From NCBI GenBank assembly GCA_965215885.1, contig CBDCEW010000038.1:1-64000 (forward strand): 64,000 nucleotides of DNA. Direction: 5' to 3'. The notes under the pieces are model-generated. The model worked only from the letters and a program-made list of their open reading frames with translations. It ran no database searches and had not been told where the DNA came from. The position numbers were made by a program, and so were the translations under genes. This stretch comes from Candidatus Moanibacter sp. (GTDB lineage: Bacteria > Verrucomicrobiota > Verrucomicrobiia > Opitutales > UBA2987). Shown here piece after piece: positions 60,245-64,000 of the stretch (within the stretch, counting starts at the first letter, position 1; each line of letters starts with the position of its first letter).

Positions 60245-60874
60245 CTACTTCGAGGCGTATTTAACAGAGCATCCGTAAGGTCGGGTATCGCTACTGGACA
60301 CCGCCTTACCGCCCATCAGTTCTTCGAGGGCGAGGGCAACGAAATTCCTGGCGCCGGCAATATCAGCGGGGTTCGCCGACCGCACATCATCGATCGCTCC
60401 CTGATAGACGAGCTTCCCTTCTGGATCGATAACATACATATGTGGTGTCGTCTTCGCCGCGTATTTCCGACCGACCGTTCCGTCGTAATCGAGGAGGTAA
60501 GCGGTTGGAGAAGCTCCCGCCGCCGCCATGATTTTATTGGCCTCTTTTGCACTGACACCGCCCTGCTTGCCTTTGGCCGAAGAAAGGATAGTGAGCCAGA
60601 CAACTCCTTTTTCCGTGTAGGTCTTCTGCAGATTCTGCATATTACCGCTGCCATAGTGCTTTCTCACGAACGGACACTCGTGATTGGTCCATTCGAGTAC
60701 CACATAGCGGCCCCTGAATTCGGAGAGCGCCCGATCGGCATCTTTGCTGTCGCGAAGAGTGAAATCGGGAGCGGACGAACCCGTTTCCACCCGTCCAATC
60801 ATTGCTGTGGGCATCATGAGTAAGAGCGTGCCGAGGAATGCGAGAAACCAGTCTTTTTTCATAAGTGTATTCAA
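60245..60874 (-). CDS. Exported thioredoxin-fold redoxin (AhpC/TSA family)
   Basis: Signal peptide, APDFTL, EWTNHECPFVRKHY, TTPHMYVI, YQGAIDD, PYGCSVKY. Confidence 0.9.
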   Translation of the reverse strand: MNTLMKKDWFLAFLGTLLLMMPTAMIGRVETGSSAPDFTLRDSKDADRALSEFRGRYVVLEWTNHECPFVRKHYGSGNMQNLQKTYTEKGVVWLTILSSAKGKQGGVSAKEANKIMAAAGASPTAYLLDYDGTVGRKYAAKTTPHMYVIDPEGKLVYQGAIDDVRSANPADIAGARNFVALALEELMGGKAVSSSDTRPYGCSVKYASK

Positions 60875-61039
60875 TTCTGAAGATTCCAGTGTGGTGTATC
60901 AATCTGAGCCGGCCGGTCGAAGCACAGGTTATGTTTCAACAACTGACCGCCAATAGCTTACTGAAGGTCCGAACGCTGTAGCGTTGTATTATTCCCTCGC
61001 TCTCTCTTTTGTATCATGCCGCAATGGTAAGATAGAAAC

Positions 61040-61852
61040 ATGAAAATCAAGTACTCCATCAGAGAGCCGATGGCTCCCGGTAACACTATTCTCGAGAAGT
61101 TTCGCAACCTTGCTTCGCTTGGCTTCTCGGGGATCGAAATAACAAGCTCGAGCGAGGAGGCATACGCTGGAGAGATAGCCAGAGCTGCGGAGGAAACCGG
61201 CATTTGCCCGAACATCTTTACGGCAAGAGAGTTGGGGCTCCTCGACGCGCGCCCCGAAGCACGTAAGCGTTCCATCGCCAGTCTGAAGGAAGCGCTGACT
61301 CTCTGCGGTCAGTTAGGTGGAATCGGCGTCATATTCCCTCCCCTCATCGACATCAAGATGCGCGGAGGCCAAAGGATCCCGGATCTGTCACCCAGATATC
61401 GGACCGCTGACCTCGAGGCTTCTCTCCTCACCGCCATCCTCAAAGAGGAGATCGCGCCTCACGCGGAAAAGTGCGGCTGCAGCCTTATCCTTGAACCCCT
61501 CAACAGGTATGAGCAGTGGTGGCCGTGCACGATAGCGGACGGCGTAGTGATTTGCGAGTCTGTGGGCAGCCCAGGCATCAAGACGATGGCCGATCTCTTC
61601 CACATGAACATCGAAGAGTCCGACATGGCTGCGGCAATTCGGGCCGGTGGAAGTCACATCGCCAACGTTCACCTGGCAGACAGCAACCGCGTCCTTCCAG
61701 GATACGGCCACACCGATTTCACTCCTCCTCTCCGCGCTCTTTCGGATATCGGATACGATGGCTACTGCGGATTTGAGTGCAGTATACCACCCGATAGCGA
61801 CCCCTCCGAGGAACTCCGTAAATCGATGCGATATTTGAACGAAAGACTCTAG
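61040..61852 (+). CDS. Sugar phosphate isomerase/epimerase (xylose isomerase-like TIM barrel)
   Basis: EPLNRYE, DLFHMNIEE, VHLADSNR..PG.GH, FEC. Confidence 0.9.
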   Translation: MKIKYSIREPMAPGNTILEKFRNLASLGFSGIEITSSSEEAYAGEIARAAEETGICPNIFTARELGLLDARPEARKRSIASLKEALTLCGQLGGIGVIFPPLIDIKMRGGQRIPDLSPRYRTADLEASLLTAILKEEIAPHAEKCGCSLILEPLNRYEQWWPCTIADGVVICESVGSPGIKTMADLFHMNIEESDMAAAIRAGGSHIANVHLADSNRVLPGYGHTDFTPPLRALSDIGYDGYCGFECSIPPDSDPSEELRKSMRYLNERL

Positions 61853-62003
61853 GAGGCTGTCGGACTTCGAATGAAAAGATGAGAACGTCGGCGCAACCAG
61901 CCGCTAAAACATGCGAACCCTGTCATTGCGAGGAAGAATGACGAAGCAATCCAGGTTTTCGCACCTTCATAACCGTGGATTGCCAGTCTGCCGTACGGCA
62001 GAC

Positions 62004-63663
62004 CGAGTTTGGCCCTCGCGTAGAAACTGTTAATTCTTAAGCGGCTTGAAAGAGGGAGCTGGCAAGATGGGGGCTGAGTTTCTCCGAGTACCACTTTTAG
62101 GATCAACGAAGTGGGAGAAACTCGATGGTGGACTGCCCGCCCAAGTCTCGTATCTGAGTTGCTGCAGTAAGTCTGAAGTGGTTGGGCCCTGCATGGAGCG
62201 TTTATCGGTGCGCCACTTGGCCGGCTCGAAGATGCCTTGTTGATGGCGCTTGGGATCGGATTGGTAGGAGGCCAGCCACAACATCGAGTAGGCTGCCACG
62301 TTGAGGGCGGGAAGGTTTCTGTTGGACGCTTCGGTCCTGACCTGGGCCTCGCCCATGCCTAAGAGGGTCTTCTCATCGCGGAAGTTGGGCTCTATCGACA
62401 AAGATAGTATTGGAGAAACTCTTCAAGCGCTAATTGGGGATCGGTGCAAATCAGGTAAGCGGGCTTTCTGTAGAGCACTTTGCCTTCTTCTGAAGCCGGT
62501 ATCGGAGCGGAGCAATGATCAAAAGCTGCAAAGGGCGTTTTGCTCCGCTCTTGCGCCACAAAAGATCCTTCACCCCGACCTTAAAGCGGTGGCGCTTACC
62601 GGCCGCGAAGGCCTCCACATATTCCCACGGCACTTCCTGGTCTGCGAATCTGTTCGGGCGTGGGAATCTCTGGCCCGTAGCTTGGTCGGCGTCCGGTTTT
62701 GGGCGCCTGCCCGGGCATTTTGCAAAGCGTAGCGTCCTTGCGGACATGGTGGTGCGTTCGGGCAGAGCCGGAAGTCTCCATTGGTATAGCTGCCGTCGGC
62801 CACGACGATCAGTTCGCGTTCGACCTCCATAGAGTCTCTGAGCAGTGCAACGCGCTCGCCTGTCGATTGATGAGCTGCTTTTTGCTCTCTTTATAGCATT
62901 GGACCTGCTCCTGTGTGGCTTTTGCCCCCGGCTTGCGCGCGGAGGGCGCATGGGTCAGATCAATAGGAATCATGCGGGCCGAACCGTCCTCTGCGGCAAG
63001 GGCGACAGTTGGATGAATCGCTGGGCGAGCACGAGGTTAACTTGGAATTTGGGACCGAGGGGATCTCTGCGCCAGCCCACTCCGTGGATACGAGTTCCAC
63101 TTTTTTGCCGTAGGGTGTCGTCAAGTGCTACGACCATGGGCCTATCGGGCGGAAGCATTCGCTCGATCTTCTCGCGGATCGCGAAGCACTCACCAGGGTC
63201 GACTCTGCTCTTCGAATACATCCTGTAGTGTGCGCTCCAATCCTCGTATTGGCGTCCGCCCGTCGTGATGATCCCGGTCACAGTACGCCTGCCCAGACAC
63301 AGAAGGGTGCACAAGATGTGCTCTCAGGCTTTGGCACACGATCCAATTATCCCTTCCTAGAAGTGAGGAGCCGTTTTTTTTACACGCACCGGATTGGGAG
63401 GGGCATGGGATCGGGCCAGGATCAGACGGCAATAATCCACTCCACCATCTCTCCTTTGCCAAACTCCATCGCCTGAGCTACCGCCGAAGGCAGATTGATA
63501 TACCACTGTTCGCTACGCTTGCGCCTGATGAGTTGAACTTTAGTTGGGAATCCCATGGGCCATGATCTAGTTACATAACTAGATCACAGTCAAGCTAAAT
63601 ACTTGCTTTTGAAGAAAAAAGGAAATAAGGGAGCAATATATCTAGTAAAAGGCCAAACTCCAG
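62004..63663 (-). mobile_element. Degenerate IS701-like DDE element
   Basis: Inverted ends gagtttggcc..taga / tcta..ggccaaactc; flanked by direct repeat agtctgccgtacggcagac. Confidence 0.72.
62030..63462 (-). pseudogene. Fragmented IS701-like transposase
   Basis: Pieces GRRTVTG, LDDTL.QKSG..IHG, VADGSY, IEPNFRDEK..LG.GEAQVR in different frames. Confidence 0.75.
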
Positions 63664-64000
63664 AGTCTGCCGTACGGCAGACCGACCTCGCAATGACAGG
63701 CGAGTGGCTGAGCAGAATCACTTGGACTGGTCCCATTGAAAGCAATGTCCGACAGGCTGCTAGCCCGCATTTCTCACGAATTGCCGAGGACACCCTAACG
63801 ACAAAAAGACAAAACTCGGCACTCTGCCGTACGGCAGAGCTCGCCGATCAGGAAAAGCTGGCTATCAACATGCCGCCCACGTGTAGCGGAAGCCGGAAGG
63901 CTTTCGTTCATATCAAGGTCGCCTGGATCCGTCTTCACTCTGCCGTGCGGCAGAGTTACGCCGAGACAGGTCGCCGCGTCAGCGGCTGGCCCGCTTCCTC

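Larger units (their letters stand above)
61849..63763. mobile_element. MITE-C (CTAG-flanked) containing a REP pair, itself interrupted by an IS701-like element
   Basis: ctaggaggctgtcggac / gtccgacaggctgctag ends; internal tgtcattgcgagg ... cctcgcaatgaca arms split by the IS. Confidence 0.7.

Overview
A GC-rich bacterial accessory region, most likely Verrucomicrobiota/Opitutia. That placement is inferred from the style of the TonB-dependent receptor N-terminus and an Opitutae-type C-terminal domain in a secreted protein. The coding content is almost entirely catabolic: five BNR/Asp-box sialidase-fold proteins, two other beta-propeller hydrolase-like proteins, a low-GC GH32, a DUF2961/GH172 remnant, two sulfatases, two PhyH-type and one TauD-type Fe/2OG dioxygenases, two FAD oxidoreductases, three SDRs, a sugar isomerase, CUT1 ABC components, a TonB-dependent receptor and an ABC-2 exporter. 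The region is dense with mobile DNA: IS1380, three IS4-family copies, IS66, ISL3, an IS701-like element, and an ISAs1 element whose transposase is fused to a DUF4338 (DruA-like) domain and is itself interrupted by an ISNCY/IS5-like element. There are also at least four families of non-autonomous MITE/REP-like elements, ~40-bp micro-insertions and several simple-repeat tracts. Target-site duplications allow several nested insertions to be reconstructed exactly. Many genes show frameshifts, a nonsense mutation or internal deletions. No rRNA, tRNA, CRISPR array or reverse transcriptase was seen. All family assignments come from motif recognition by eye, not database searches.
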